DNA of 64,000 nucleotides, taken from assembly GCF_009914755.1 (NCBI RefSeq), contig NC_060936.1. One strand, written 5' to 3'. The notes beneath the pieces were generated by a model. The model was not told where the DNA came from and ran no database searches. It saw nothing but the letters and a program-made list of their open reading frames with translations. Every line of letters begins with the position of its first letter. The stretch's first letter is position 1. Below, piece by piece: positions 1 to 15,180 of this stretch. The stretch comes from the human T2T-CHM13v2.0 reference genome, Homo sapiens. The translations under genes were made by a program, and so were the position numbers.

Positions 1-288
1 CTATTCATTCTATGAGGCTAAGAAAAATAAGTATTTTTTAAACTTCTATTCCCAGCCCCCAAGCAGAGGGTTTGGTATATAGTAGATGTCCATTAAATAA
101 TTGTGGAATAGGTAGCTCTCTGCTCTCAAATATCAACCTCATCTTTTGATTGTTTTTCCCATATTCAAGTCCCATTTTATATTCTAAATACCCTTGGATG
201 TATTACACCTTTAGCAATTAGCAGAAATAATTAAAAATATCACTTACTGAGGCCTTAACATGTGCTGAACATGGAACTCAACACATCA

Positions 289-575
<287 letters not shown>

Positions 576-1796
576 GACATCATTGACATTATTTCATGGA
601 ATTTTCTCAACACTGTGAAGTGTGTAAAATTATTGCTGTGTTACAAGTGAAGAAATCAAGGTTGGATTAAGCCTAGAGGGGAAGTACCGCTTGGCATGGA
701 AGAGAGAAAGAAGGGTTGGTGAGGAGCATGGAGACAGTGAAGGTAGGAGTGTGCCAGCGAACATTCCTTATGTCATAATCCCCCAGTCAGCCCCGTCTAT
801 ACCACTTAAGAGCAATGCATATACCATATGTGTTGCTGCTGTCTGCAGCATTAAACATATATTCCATAGTTGAATCCCTTTTCCTGGTGCTCAAAGGAAA
901 GAGAAAATAACAGATCAAAGGAGAATGCTGAAAAGATATTTGACTCTCTGGCCCTTATTGTTTAACACCTTTTAAATTTGTTTTTTTCTTCTGTGTCTAT
1001 AACACTGGAGCTAAGACATGGGTGGCCAGAATAGATAAGCCTCTGGCCCTCTTCCAATCCTATGATTCTACAATTCTATGTTGCCATAATAATTTCCACT
1101 ATATTCTGTCAATGTGCTCTCACTTCCCTTCAGACAGGATTTATCTGGCAACTGAAGTTGGTCCTGACAACATCTTAAAATGCCTAAACTGATGGTGTCT
1201 CTAAGATTTTTCTAACCCCTATTTATATACCGTCAAGACAAATATGCAGGAATTCGGCAATCAGAAAGTTGATTTCCACCATTGTGACAGCCACTGTTTT
1301 TTAACGTTTCATTCCCATTCTTGAAGCAATGGTGGGAAGCAGCTCCTCTGGAATTTGTCACGTAGCACTTCAGCTCTTCCACGACAACTGGTATGCACAG
1401 AAGATTGCAGAATATGCCTTCCTCCCGTGCCAAGGCATCACTCTCCTCCCTTTCTCCTTGTTAGTCATTTGTCGGGTTCTGTAAAACTGCATTGATAAGG
1501 TGCTGCTTTAAAGGTGCCAATTATCTATTTTGTTGTAGTGTAATTTTTTAAGAAAAGGATGCTGCTAGTTATCCTCTTCTTGATGTTTAGAAGAGTCTCA
1601 GAGGGTTTTGACTAAGGGGACTGTAGTTATTTTGGTGTAACTTGCAGTTGTTCGGTGAGAGATAGAGTTGAGGTATGAAGACATTTGAAGAAAAATAATG
1701 GTAAACTTTTATGTTTGAGTGAAAGTAGAGAGAGATGTTCTCTTTGGGCAACATACAACTCCAATTTGGATGGAAAAATATGAGGACAAAAGTTAC

Positions 1797-1817
1797 CTTG
1801 TTCAGGTGAAGATGTGC
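1797..1817 (-). other. Candidate 21-nt microexon
   Basis: Minus strand ctctctttccttccAG|gcacatcttcacctgaacaag|GTaact; motif evidence only. Confidence 0.3.
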
Positions 1818-1842
1818 CTGGAAGGAAAGAGAGCCTTTCCCA

Positions 1843-1935
1843 TGAATTTTGTTGGAAACTGCTCTGCTTTTGGTCACATGCTCCGTGTACTCCCACAGAA
1901 CACACAAGGGATGAAGGCCTGACCTTTGAAGTCAG
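1843..1935. repeat. Dispersed 93-bp duplication, copy A
   Basis: 90/93 identical to 3140-3232 by direct alignment; flanks not homologous. Confidence 0.95.
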
Positions 1936-2077
1936 GATTAAATTCCCATCATTTAATCTAAATGTATTCGCCCATCACCACTGAGAAGCAGGAAGCATCA
2001 GATGCTCTGCTGTGAGCCGACTGGCATCCTCTCCCCTTTTATTTTGCAGTATTTTTCTCTTATAAACCTCTAGTTAT

Positions 2078-2306
2078 TTAAGACCTGGTGTTTGACAGAT
2101 CAGTAGGGTGACTATAGTTAACATCAGTCGATCATACATTTCAAAATAGCTGGAAGAGAATAATTCAAATGTCTGTAGCATAAAGAAAAGATAAATATTT
2201 AAAGTGATGGGCATCCCAATTACTCTGATCTGATTATATGAATGTATCAAATTATCACATGTACCCCCAAAATAAATACATCTAATTTTTATATAAAAAA
2301 TAAATA
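2078..2306 (+). mobile_element. L1MA-type LINE-1 3' end
   Basis: agggtgactatagttaac...tttcaaaatagct.gaagag...atcacatgtacccc followed by A-rich tail. Confidence 0.8.
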
Positions 2307-2586
2307 GCCTAAAAAATAACTAAAGTGCTATGTTTTAATAAAAGAGGAAAAAGAAGTGATAATAACATACATATTACATCATCATTTCTGATTTTACATG
2401 AACTTTAAAGAAGAAAAATCCATAAATGTGCCAACAGAAAATGTTAACAAACCAATCATCTCCATTTTGGCCATCATCACAGCTTACAAACACACACACA
2501 AACCCACATACACATGCACAAAGAATGGAGGGAACAATGAGTTAGAAAGGAAAAAAATGTGAGACATATTCACAATATAAATTCTA

Positions 2587-2768
<182 letters not shown>

Positions 2769-3139
2769 TTCGTTTCATTATTAATATTTTATCAAAAAAT
2801 AATAGTTTTAGCACAAATTCCACTTTTCAAAACTCACACGGCTCCAACACTAAGGTTATCTTGTTTGGCATTAGAATAGCTCATGTCTACATTAAAGCTG
2901 GAATCTTAGAAATGACATAAACAGGCCTTTTTCTATAAAGATAAAAGGCTAAGCTTTAAAGGATTTTATATTTATAGATAAATGTTTCCATAGTAATCAG
3001 TACTATAAAACTTGCTGGTGTCAGCACTCCTTTGCATACAAAAATGGCTCATATTAAAATGAGCTAGATTCAGAGAATCAAATGTAGATTCTTTTACCTT
3101 AAAAAAGCACAACTTTTGTGAGAAGGGCAAAAACCTTAC

Positions 3140-3232
3140 TGAATTTTGTTGGAAACAGCTCTGCTTTTGGTCACATGCACCGTGTACTCCCACAGAACAC
3201 ACAAGGGATGAAGGCCTGACCTTTGAAGGCAG
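3140..3232. repeat. Dispersed 93-bp duplication, copy B
   Basis: 90/93 identical to 1843-1935. Confidence 0.95.
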
Positions 3233-3529
3233 CACGGACCATGATGAAAAGTAATTTACAACAACACACTCATTATTACATCCTCAGATGATGAGCTTGG
3301 AGCTATGCATTTTAGATTTTTCCCAGTGTCTGAGGTCAGTTTTGTTTTAGGAAGCAAGAAAGTTCAGGAAGAAAGAAAACAAAGTTCAGAAGGAGGCAAG
3401 ATTAAAAAGAAAAGAATACAACACTAATGCTTTAATAATAGAGTCAAAAATTCATGAAATAAATGTTACACGTAAGACAGTATAAAACTGGTAAGAATTC
3501 TGTTTTTAACATTTATGACTATCGTAACA

Positions 3530-4008
3530 GATATAGAAACATATCTTCACTAAAAAACATGCACAAGGAATGTTTGTAGCAGTCCTATTCATAATAGCCT
3601 CAAACTGGAAACTATTGAAAGTTTACCAACAGATTAGATATTTTGCAGTCTATTTATGAAATGAAATACTATAAAACAAGCATGAATAAACTATTGCTAT
3701 ATGCAGATACACAGACATAGTATAGAACCAAAGAAAGCAGGCACATGGAGGAGAACTTAGTATATGATTCTATTTACGTAGAACTCAAAAATGCACAAAA
3801 CTAATCTATGGGTTAGAAGTCAAGTGATTGCCTGGAGGGAAGGCAGCAGCTGGGAGGGGAACAACAGAGGTTTCTGGGGCCCATATTTTCTTTTTTAATC
3901 TGGGTACTGGTTACAGTAATGTGTTCACTTTGCAAAAACTTGTCAAACTGTGCCTTCATGATTTATGCACTTTTTTGCATGTATATCATACTTTAATAAA
4001 AAGGAAAA
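3530..4008 (+). mobile_element. Old L1ME-type LINE-1 3' end
   Basis: gaatgtttgtagcag...aactggaaac, aaaactaatctatgg, gtgttcactttg, atactttaataaaa. Confidence 0.8.
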
Positions 4009-4749
4009 AACACAACGTTGAGGTGGTCTGAGTGTTTTTCAATAAATATATATAAATGTTTCCATTGTAATCAGCTCAGCTTTATCTGTCCTAAATACCT
4101 CCTCATTTTTGTTTCTCTTGGCCAGTGAACATTTGACACTCCTAAGAGATCACTTTCATAAGGCAAATGCATGTGTGTATGTATGCACACTTCACCCTCA
4201 GTTACCCACATTTTTATGACATCTTTGGAGGCACATATTCAGTTGTTCAGCCACCCCAAAGCCTCCAAAATCTGGGACCTTGCTGGAAAAAAAAAAAGCA
4301 ATTTTAAAATAAATATTGAACCGATCCTGGACTGTGTGGTGTTTGTGTTAACACCTCACAAGAGAGTGGAGGGCAGGCAGGGGAGAGTGCTTCCATTTCC
4401 AAAAGGCTGCCTGCGGCGCCCACAGGCACTAATGGGACCGGGCTGGGGCTCTGAGACATTGCCAGGTGGAGGCAGGACAATGGGTACCCTGAATCCCCCG
4501 GCAGAAGGCTTTGGTCTGTCATTTTCTGGGGTTTCCATGTGGCACTCAAGTGTCAGATAAGTAAAAAAATTAAGTGGGAACTTTTAACAACATTCCATTC
4601 CTGGACTTTGTACTGCTCATTCTGCAAGGCTTTTGACTGAGAGAACCTATCTTTTTATTTTCATTATTTTAAAAAATTTTTCAGAAGAAGAGCTAGCTAT
4701 GAGGACAAGGCAGTGAGGAAATAGTGATAAAGAGTGGCATCACTAAAGC

Positions 4750-4947
4750 CTCTTTCCCTAAGTGACTGTGTGACCTCAGGCATCATCCTGCATCTCCAAG
4801 AACCTTAGCTTCTTAGCTGGGGGCATTCCTCATATGACTGGTATAAGGAATAAATGAGATAATAGTAGAGTCCGCAGGTCATTATCTTCTGGCACAAAGC
4901 ACACCAAACACGCAATAAACATTAGCTATTATTGCTATTATATTATT
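4750..4947 (+). mobile_element. MIR SINE
   Basis: ctgtgtgacctcaggca core, aataaatgagataat, caataaacattagctattatt tail. Confidence 0.75.
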
Positions 4948-6849
4948 GCTCTTGAAATGTTTTCAACTTCGTATCTGGATTTTTCCATTGCATGGGGCTT
5001 ATATAAATGGAATCCTGGCTGCCCATATTTGAAAGTCACCAAACGTTATGTCTAATCTTCAAATAACCACAGGTACTCTGGCAATTATTTTCATGGCTGA
5101 AAGTTGAACACCCAGGCACAGAACCATTGTGATAGAACAGCGACGTGTGTAGAAGGCCTGTCTCCAAAAAGATCACAGGAAAGAAGCCTTGCAAACCTCA
5201 GCTCTCCGTTTGTTTGTAATTTTGCTCCTTTTGGTCTCTTCCACTCTCCCCCCTCACCCCTTCGTTTTTCACATCTGTGCTTGCTTCCTGACATTAGCAT
5301 AAGTTTGGGAGTCAGGTTGCTGGGGGACTAAGAGGCTGAACTTAAACTAAAGGGGATCGTCGTGAAAGGAAGAATGAAATCGAGGACTAAATGAGGGGAC
5401 TGTGTATCGGCAGGATTCATTCGTGCGCACACATAATACTTTTGGATGGTCTCCTGAGATGGGCTGCGTGGCAATTTTGCTGCCTGTATTCAAATATATT
5501 TAATAGTCCTCATTGCATTCCTAATCATGTAGCTCATAAGGGAATTTCTGCCCTGAGATATGACAGAGAGGCACAACAGCCATAAGGAATAAATGTTGGC
5601 AACACAAAAAGTAAAATATTTTACCTGCAACACTGGCCTTCACCTTTGGCAAAAGCAAAACAAACAAAAACAAAACACTGAATATGGCCAGGAGTTTCCT
5701 TAGGATCCAAGAAAATGCTAATTGCTAGGCTGGCAGTTTTTCCGATAGCTCTTTTTACTTCTTTGTCCATTTCCCTTTCTCAAGCAAAATAAAAAACATA
5801 AATGCCAGAACTCTATAAAAAGAAATTTTTTTCTTTGTTTCTTTTTATTTTCTTCTTTTTTTTGCCACATATTGATGGAAATTAGAGAAACGTGAGACCA
5901 GGTAAGCGAGGTGTTGTGACAAGGTTTTGATTCATTGGCTTTAGGTCATTAAGAAATTAAGATAATTTGGATCTATACTCAGATTTGCCCAGATCTGTGA
6001 AAATTATCAAATTGTAGGGGAAGGGTCAAGATTTCCTGTTATGACTCAACATAATTGAGCCATCGCATACAATTACTTAGCTGAACAACACAATGTTGCA
6101 TCTTCAGGCATACCTTTTATACGCAAGTGATGAGTTTGTGGCTCATGGGCTTCTGCAATCTCACTGTGAGCAAGATAACGTATGTTAGGAACTTGACAGT
6201 GCCTGACAGTTTGTAAGCTCCCAACAAATGGCAGTGACCATTGCTATCACAGGCCTATGGGGAGTGCCTTGATCCAGTGGAGCCCCCACAAATCCTGACC
6301 ACAGAAATGAAGCATGTCCTAAGCCAGAATGCTTTTCCAGTATGATGGCAATACCTGGATGTACAAGAAGACACAGGTTGAATTTGGAACAAGTTCCATA
6401 TGAAACAAAGCTCAGGCTAACATGACATAAATATGCGGATGGAATAAACAACCTAATAGCAGGCTCCCTGGGCAGCTTCGTTCTCAGAAGTTAGATGAAT
6501 CATGTAAAACAGAAGTTTATAAGTTTAAACGAGATGAAATGAGGAACAGTAGAGAAAGATGAAGACCTTCTGCAAACAAACTCAACCATGCTTTATGCAG
6601 TAGACCAGATCCATATTGCACAGGTATTTACACCGCACTCAAGAGCGCCATAAGGTCAGGCTGGGGGCCACTGGGAACCGTGCATTGTGGCAGGCTAATG
6701 TTTTCATATCTCGTCAAGATTTCCCTATATGTATTTTCCTTTATGCTTGTCCATTCCTTCCCTTCAGGTACCTTTTCAGTGCTCCTGGAAACGTAATGCA
6801 AAAAAAAAAATCAAACCCTTGGCTTTGTAAAGTTTCAAAAAAGTTTAGG

Positions 6850-6968
6850 TTAGAAATTGTGGTAATGACTGTATAACTCTATGAATCACAAAAACCTTTG
6901 AATTGTACAATGAAAATGGGTGAGCTGTATGATATCAGAATTATATCTCAATAAAGTTGTTTTTTAAA
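6850..6968 (+). mobile_element. Old L1M 3' terminal fragment
   Basis: tgaattgtaca...aaatgggtga...gaattatatctcaataaagttgtt. Confidence 0.75.
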
Positions 6969-7019
6969 AGTTATAAAGTTTAGGTCAGGCCACAGATTGC
7001 AGATTTGGAATATATAGTA

Positions 7020-7700
7020 CCAGGTGACCCTGCTCTCAAACTAAATAAATATTATTCTGATTCAGGAAAGAGAGGAGTTCAAGGTTGAGGGCTTTTGATG
7101 GTAGAGAGCTAAAGAAACGGGATCCCTGGTTTGTACATCTTCCTGACCACAGGCCAACTCTTAGGAGGGGGTGGGTAGAAATTCCTGGATAGATTTGTGG
7201 AATGTGAGAACAGAGAGAAATCTGCCTTCTGCTTTTCTATAGCTCAAGAGTCCCGAGCACAAAGGGCCCATGCAGGTGTCCAGGCAGCTGTCCCTGAAGC
7301 AGCCTCACAGAGTTTGTTGCAGCCCAGAGTTGTAGGCTATCCGTGGAGTGTTTCCTGGGTATCCAAGAGGAGGTCAGGCATGACACAAAAGCCCAGGGAC
7401 TGGAAGGGATGAGAAACTGATAGAGAAATCTATGTGGACCTATGACTGAAGACCAGATAATAAGGGCACCTCAGCAGATGACAACATGGATAAATTGCAA
7501 AGAAGAGGAGCACGTGCCACTTTCATCCAAACATCCTGGCACTACACGATTCATCCAGATCATAACAACTGTCCAAGGCAAGTAAAAGTGACCCTGAATT
7601 GACTGAAAATATGCTTTTGCCTTTTGTCCAAATGAGGACTCAAATTCAATTTTATATAAATGAAGAAAGTTACATTAATTGAGGCTGAGTTTAGAGATTG
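7020..7700. mobile_element. Possible ancient LTR relic (LTR78-like)
   Basis: GC-elevated block ending in ccctgaattgactga...aaatgaagaaagttaca; weak recall of the consensus. Confidence 0.3.
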
Positions 7701-8259
7701 AAATTTTGTCTAATATAGAGTTATTTTAAAATCAGCACAGGAAATCATGAGAACCTCAGATCCTGAATGCCACAAGCTTTACTGGGCTGATTTTTACAAA
7801 GGGTGAGAGAGATTTTGCTGCCATCTAAGCCTCTTGAGGCAGATCAACTGGACATTGCAGATTTAGAAGCAAAGAATCAGGAAATTAAAGAGACATTTAC
7901 ATTTTCTTTTAAAGAAATACTATAGCTTGAATTACCTTCTCAATAATGATCTCTCCTTCTCTGAAAGGTTATGCCACAATGACAGCAAGTTATTTCACAG
8001 GTTGAGGTATTCTGTTAAACCTTGAAGAATCTGCTTAGAATAGATTTGAGTTAGAAAGGGAAAAGTATATTAGAATGTTTATTATAGATATTTTCCATAT
8101 GAGTCATACTAAAACTGCCATTCAGTTTATCCATGTGTGCTCTTATTCTATCTCCACTTCAACCTCCAGAGTAGCTTCTTGGTTCCTTCGGTTGTACTTT
8201 CTTATGCATCACAAGTCAATGTTATCAGAAAACATACATACTTGAGACTTACCGTTAAA

Positions 8260-10068
8260 AATGAAATCACATTTCTTTTCTGCAATCACTCCATTTTTCT
8301 ACTCTCCTCCATCCCTATATCTCTCAAAAGAATGATTTACGTACATTTCTCTCCATTTGCTCACCTCCCATTTATACTTTAATTTTCTGCAATCTGATTT
8401 CTGCTCTAAGCACTTTCAATGGAAGGGCACTATTCCTGTGATGATGTCCGTGTCAATTCAATGGACATTTCTCTATCCTCAGTATTTGTTGTGTATTATC
8501 TTGGCATTACCTCTTTTCTTGGCATTTGAGACATCACTTTGATTTTCCTTGAAATTTACTAGCTGTTCCTTCCCATTCTCTTTGGCCAGTTGCTTCTCCT
8601 GTAATGAATCTCCAAATCTATTTGGATTAGAGCTGAAATCTAACTCAGGGCTGAAATGAAAAGGCTCTTATCTTCTCTGCATCACTTACTCAGATATCTC
8701 ACCATTCCCATGGGTTTAAATACCATGTGAATTCTGATAACCCAAAAAGTTTCTTCCCATTTAGACCTTACTTCCAAGCCCCATACTCATACACAATATT
8801 GCTTATTTAAATCAGACATCTTGCAGACATTTGCAACTTAACAAATTCAACATGAAATTCTTGATTTTTTTCCTCAAAACTGTTTCCCCATCAGAAGCTC
8901 AGACTTCTTCTCAGTAAAAGGCACCACCAACCACTCAGTTGCTCAAATGAGAAATAGAAGTGTCATTCTGGTTTTTTTGTTTCCTCCTGCCCCATATCCA
9001 TACGATAGAAAGTATTGTCAAATCTAGCTCCAAATATAGCTTTTGTTTGTTTTGTTTTGTCTTGTTTTTGAGAACACGGTCTCACTCTTGTCACCCAGGT
9101 TAGAGTGCAGTGGCGTGATCTTGGCTCACTGCAGCCTCAACCTCCTGGGTTCGAATAATCCTCTCACCTCAGACTCCTGAGTAGCAGGGACCACAGGTGT
9201 GTGCCACCATGTCCAGCTAATTTTTCTTTTTCTTTTTTTTTTTTTTTTTTTTTGTGGAGACATGGTTTTGACATCTTGCCCAGACTGGTCTCAGACTCCT
9301 GAGTACAAGCGATCTGTCTGCCTCGGCTTCCCAAAGTGCTGGGATTACAGGCATGAGGCACCATGACTGGCCTCCAAATATATCTGAATGAGATTGTTTT
9401 CCTTCATCTCTTCTTCCATTACTACCTTACACTAGTTCACCTTCATCTCATTGCACGGACTATTTTAAGTTCAGTTGATCTCACATCTTCCATTTTTACC
9501 TCTCACCAAGCCACGCTCAATATAGCAGCAATAATTATCTTGTTAAAATATAAATTTTGTCTAATGTCACTCTACCACTTTAGTGTCTTCCTGTAGCTCT
9601 CAGAATAAAATCTAAAGCCCTTATAATGATTTGTGAGGTCCTGTTCACCTTCCCAGTTTCAACTCATATGACCCCTGGGCTCTGCACCAACCACTCTAGT
9701 ATCCGAGTTTTTTCCTCTTCCTGCAAATTTGTCAAATGACTGCTTCCTCTGCCTAGAATGCTGTCATCCTCTGAGCTTCAGGCTAAATATTAACTACTTA
9801 GCAATTTCCTTGCCTATCTCTCTATTTAAAGTAGGTCTCTTTATTTTCTTCATTAAGCTCCTATCCCTTAACTTTATGACATTTGCACTGATTATAACTA
9901 TTTTATTTATTTGTCTGTTAATTTTTGGTATCTCTCTCTTTCACCAGAATATAAGTTCCAAGTCGTATAGAAGATAAATTGTGAACATCATGTTTCTCAT
10001 TGTATTCCTGGAGTTTAGCACAGGGCCTAGTGCATAGTAGGTACCCAAAAGTAAATATTGATTGACTG
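8260..10068 (+). mobile_element. L2 LINE relic split by an Alu
   Basis: ggtttaaataccat, ggcaccaccaaccactcagttgctcaa, cagaataaaatctaaa; 3' end agcacagggcctagtgcatagtagg...ttgattgactga. Confidence 0.8.
9041..9372 (-). mobile_element. AluJ
   Basis: Full antisense Alu with J-type cactgcagcctcaacctcc; TSD tccaaatata at 9029-9038 and 9373-9382. Confidence 0.95.
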
Positions 10069-10794
10069 ATATTATCACAGTAGAAGTAGAGTTCTTATCC
10101 TCATGCCTTTGTACATGTATATGTATATGCGCCTGTAAGGGCAAAAGAGAAAAGTACATTAACACGTAATTATCTACACTCACACCCAATGAGTTAGTGG
10201 CTTGGCAGAAGTACTTTTCATATAAAAATAATACAGAGATAACATATATACAGAGATACTCTCACTTATCTACCTATGGGATTTGTTAAGGGATGATTTC
10301 CAAAGCTGACCTTTCTATCTATAAGACTGAAGAAGTGTTTAAAACCTTGCCAACCTTATCAAAGGGAATAATTAATCAGGACCTGATAATGTGCCATATT
10401 ATAGTAGAAGCAAATTATATATTTGTTAATAGATCTTTATAGATCATGTTTTGAATGTTCATTTGAATTTTCTTTTTTCATTTGAAAATGACTTACTTCA
10501 AGTTTTGGGCCAGTGCTTAGAGGTTTACATATCTATTTGTGTGCTATATGAGAGTACGTGATCTTCTCTGATGATAAAATTTCCCAGCGCATCTTTTTCT
10601 CCATGATATTAGTTTCTTGTGAGTATGAAATTTATTCTAAATGACTTTCAGGCCACTTCTCACCATAACCAATGAAAAGGAAAATTATCTGTTGCCACCA
10701 GAAAACATATTTGCTTATATCCTGCATGGCCAGGTCTCTAGCACCCAGCATCCGCAGAGGGTCTCCCATCTCAATACTTATCCTGTTAGAGTTC

Positions 10795-11319
<525 letters not shown>

Positions 11320-14175
11320 GTTTCCATCACCAACCCATTTTCAATTTACTTCCCATTTTAAGAGTACCATAGAAGCCACCAACAAGACGGAGTCTCATTT
11401 TTCCTCCTTGAAACATTCACAAAGAATAAGAATAACTGTAATTTGGGTAAATGGAAGCACTCCGTTCTCTGTGGTGGAACACATTAGTCTCTATGACCTC
11501 AAGACTCACCCTAGTCACCCTTCGCACCAACTCAAAGGCATCAGATTCTGTAAATGATATTGTAACAAAGAGCTCAGCAATTTAAGTTCTCTGCTCTCCA
11601 CTCCTTTATTGACCAGTCTTATTGACTTTGGCCAGGTCAAGAGCTTTTCATTGCTTTAGTTTCCCCATCTGTTTGTGTAATGCTTATTTCTCTGATATTT
11701 TGAACTCCTTCCATAAGCAGGTGCCCCAGAAGAGCAAGTGGGGCTATTGATCTGGTGCTACATGCGCAGGAAGGCTCCAGTTCACATGCCTGAACCCGTT
11801 ACCCTGCTTTGTCACACATTAAAAGCCTGGAGATTACCAGAAGTATTTGGTTTGGGTTGTTCTTTGAAAGATATGACTGTACCCACAAATATGCACAGAA
11901 TACTCATCAAGGACTCTTGAATCACAAAGGCAAGTCCTTCCCTCGTCTTGCCACAATCTTTGATGGTGATGAAGAATGTGTTTACTCAAGTTCACAAAAG
12001 AGAACTTGGTTTGCTCTGTTTTAGCAACAGATTAGGATTTTCAAAAGAAAAACTGGCAATATAGGTCATTTTTTTTTGAACAAGCTTTGAAGCCATGCTG
12101 AAATCTTATCAGGATGTCAAGATTTAAAAACTCCTACCTGTACATCTCTCTCCCTAGAACTCTTTTGTGCAGCTGCTGCCGCCTCCTTTGTTGAGTATGT
12201 GTGAACAGAAAAGTAGCATACACTCAGCTCAAGGCACCAGAAACCACTGTAAGCCATTTCTATCTCCTTATGGCCGATTGGGCAGGCAAATTCAAACCAA
12301 ACATGAATTCCTAGGGATGTATTATAATATATACTATGTGATTAAATTGTGCTGGCTCACCTGCAATGGATTTGTACTTGCTCTCTCTCAGAGCCCCCAT
12401 TTTTCCCACAGTAATCTTCCTAAAGGGAAAGCCTACTCACTGAGCTCTTTTTAAAAGGCGAGCAAATCTCAACACTGCAACCATTTAATGCCACAGACAT
12501 GATTGTAAAGAGAGCACAACAAAATGAAGGTATTGTATTTTCATCATTCATCAACAGAAGACTTATGTGTAATATACCCCTTGCAGGCGGGTCTGGTGTG
12601 TATATTCATTTATTAGGATCACACATCACATTACCTCACGTACATAACCATTTAAGTCATGTCAAAAGTCAGCCAGCAAGTAAGCTGTGATGAAAAGATC
12701 CTCCAGAGAACAATTTGCTTCCCTTTTACTTTTCACCATCATAGCTTTGCCTCTTCTTGGTAATTTCTATATAAACCAACAAACAAACTCTGGTTTTTAT
12801 AAAAACAACTCAGGGCATGTTGCATGCTTACATTTTAGGATGTTCGTAGAGTATGCTATCATATTTTAACCTCAGAGCCTTCTTTGAGCCAAACGGGATT
12901 CCTCCTAACCTCTCTACCTGTATCTAAACAAACTTCAGATGAGCACAGTCTGCAGATTGCTGACTTTCAGCATATCATCATCAACACAGCAAAACCAAAG
13001 ATTCTCCAATAGAATCTTTCAAAACCAGAGAATCCAGAAAGACTCGGACAGCAGGACTGGTGGACCGTGAACTCAAGTTGCACCTCTGATCTAACTTAAT
13101 GCTTACATATATTTTCAAGAGGAAAAACTTTGAGCACACATAGTATAAAAGTTACTTCCTGGTCCACACTGCAATACTTTTCTCCTACTCTCCCAGAAAG
13201 CTAGAGAAAACCTTTTTAACAAATAATACCCAGAAAAGACTTTCTGCAGAAGTACTATTTTCCCAGCTCAATGTCACAATTATTTAGTGTGTTGAGCACT
13301 ATATGTCTTTTAATTTCCTATAATCCCTACCCATAGTATAATGTTGAATTCCATTTATTCTATTTTTAAAGAGATGAAGTCATCCAGGGTGGAAACTATG
13401 CCCTGATTGAAAGGACTTAAATGCTGCTATGTCTCAGACTGGGCTCTGGCACATGGAGAAGTATAAATTAAACTCTTCTGCAGACATTTGATCTCTTGCT
13501 ATGAAAAGGGATATTGTGTTTCCTCTGTTTAACAGTATTCTCTGTCCACTGTGAAAAGAAGCCTGTTTGCTTAAAAAAGTGTGGCATATTTCTTCCACTA
13601 TGAGTGGCATTGCAAATGAAATCACAGCACGCACCGAATATAGTTCCAATCGTCTATATGAATTGTACATCTGTCAAGAGAAGCCAATGTTGAAATTGTG
13701 GTCACTTAATATGAGATGAATAATTTAATAATATGATGACTGATCACAACCACATCTCTGGATGCTAAGACTGGCAGCTTTTGTTGAGTGCCCACCTGCA
13801 GACGGCACTGCGCAAAGCAAGTTAAACAGAAACAGTCTTGCCTTCTAATCCCAGTCCATCTTGCTGCACACCAGAGGCTGCCCACACACAAAGTTAGGAT
13901 ATCACTGTTACTGGTGGGACGTTATTCTGAAAGTGCATGCACATGTTTATCAGTTGGGCAGAAACATTTTCTTCCATTTCCTCCACAGGTCCTCTGTGCT
14001 TTATTAAGATCATAATAATTCTCTGTGAAAGAATAGAAACTCTGAAAAATCTATGACACTGTGTTAACATACTATTAAAATACTCGCAGTAAAACTTTCA
14101 TTGGTATCTAGTATGTGGTAGGCACTGTGTTGGCTGAATGAACCAAGGCTATCATCTCTGAAGAAAAACTCAAGC

Positions 14176-14501
14176 AAAGGTTTTCAAACTCTGTCCTGCT
14201 CATTTACTGGAGGTGTTGCAGGAGTTACCATAACATCGTTTGTCATATAACATCAACTTTTTTGTTATCCTAAAGACTTGAACTCTCCTCGTCTACCACA
14301 GAGAGGCTGATAAATTAGGAAGGTGCTGATTTAGCTGACGAATCTGGTCAGAGCTGGGAAAACCCGGTAGACAACCCTCCCCCTACTCCGCAGCCGCTGC
14401 TGAAAACATAGCTGCTCCTAACTTGTTTCTATATTGGAAACTATATCGGGTTTTGGAAAAAAAGTGTTCAGCTGCCACAAAAAATAGCTTAAAAACCATT
14501 G
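14176..14501. mobile_element. hAT-Charlie-type MITE relic
   Basis: Imperfect terminal inverted repeats caaaggttttcaaac / gcttaaaaaccattg about 325 bp apart. Confidence 0.5.
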
Positions 14502-15002
14502 CTGGAAAGCATATTTTTGTACCTTAAATGAGTTTCAATTTTTAATGGCTTATATTGAGACATAGTGTCAATGAGAAAGATTACATAGCAGTTGCCATAG
14601 ACCCAAACGATGACTTTTATTGTCATAAGCAGGCAGTAGGTGTCTTTGGAATAAACAAATAATTTATTTTTCTTAACCAAAGTGCCAATAAATCTGTTTC
14701 ACTTTGTAATGAAAGGAAAATATTATAGCCCGATCCACATTTTTTTACCCCAACCTAATCGGCAGTACTTACTTTAGTAAAATGATCTGGAGACCCAATA
14801 AAAAAATTTGGCACAGTTGCTTTTATATTGCCATCATTCCTTCTACTAAAATGGCTTGCAAAATTATAAAATGTATAACCCCAACCATCTCCTCATTATT
14901 TTGATGCTCAGTAAGCCCTATATTACAGTGTTCCATTTAAAGCTTAATAATATACAGTAAGTCGAAGAATGCTGTTTTACTCAATTTACTTAATCATTTT
15001 TG

Positions 15003-15180
15003 CAATGTTTCCCAAAGTCCCCTAAAGATCATGAACACCTGGAGTGCTTAGTAAAAATGGATTCCTGGGCCGTGAAACAGACTCTCTGCACCAAAATTTA
15101 CAGGGAACAAGTCTGGTAATCTGCATACCTAGCAAGCACACAAGATGATATTTATCCTCATAGAAGTGGTGAAAACAACA
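15003..15180. mobile_element. MER5-type DNA transposon
   Basis: caatgtttcccaaa...cacctggagtgcttagtaaaaatggattcctgggcc...aatctgcat. Confidence 0.65.
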
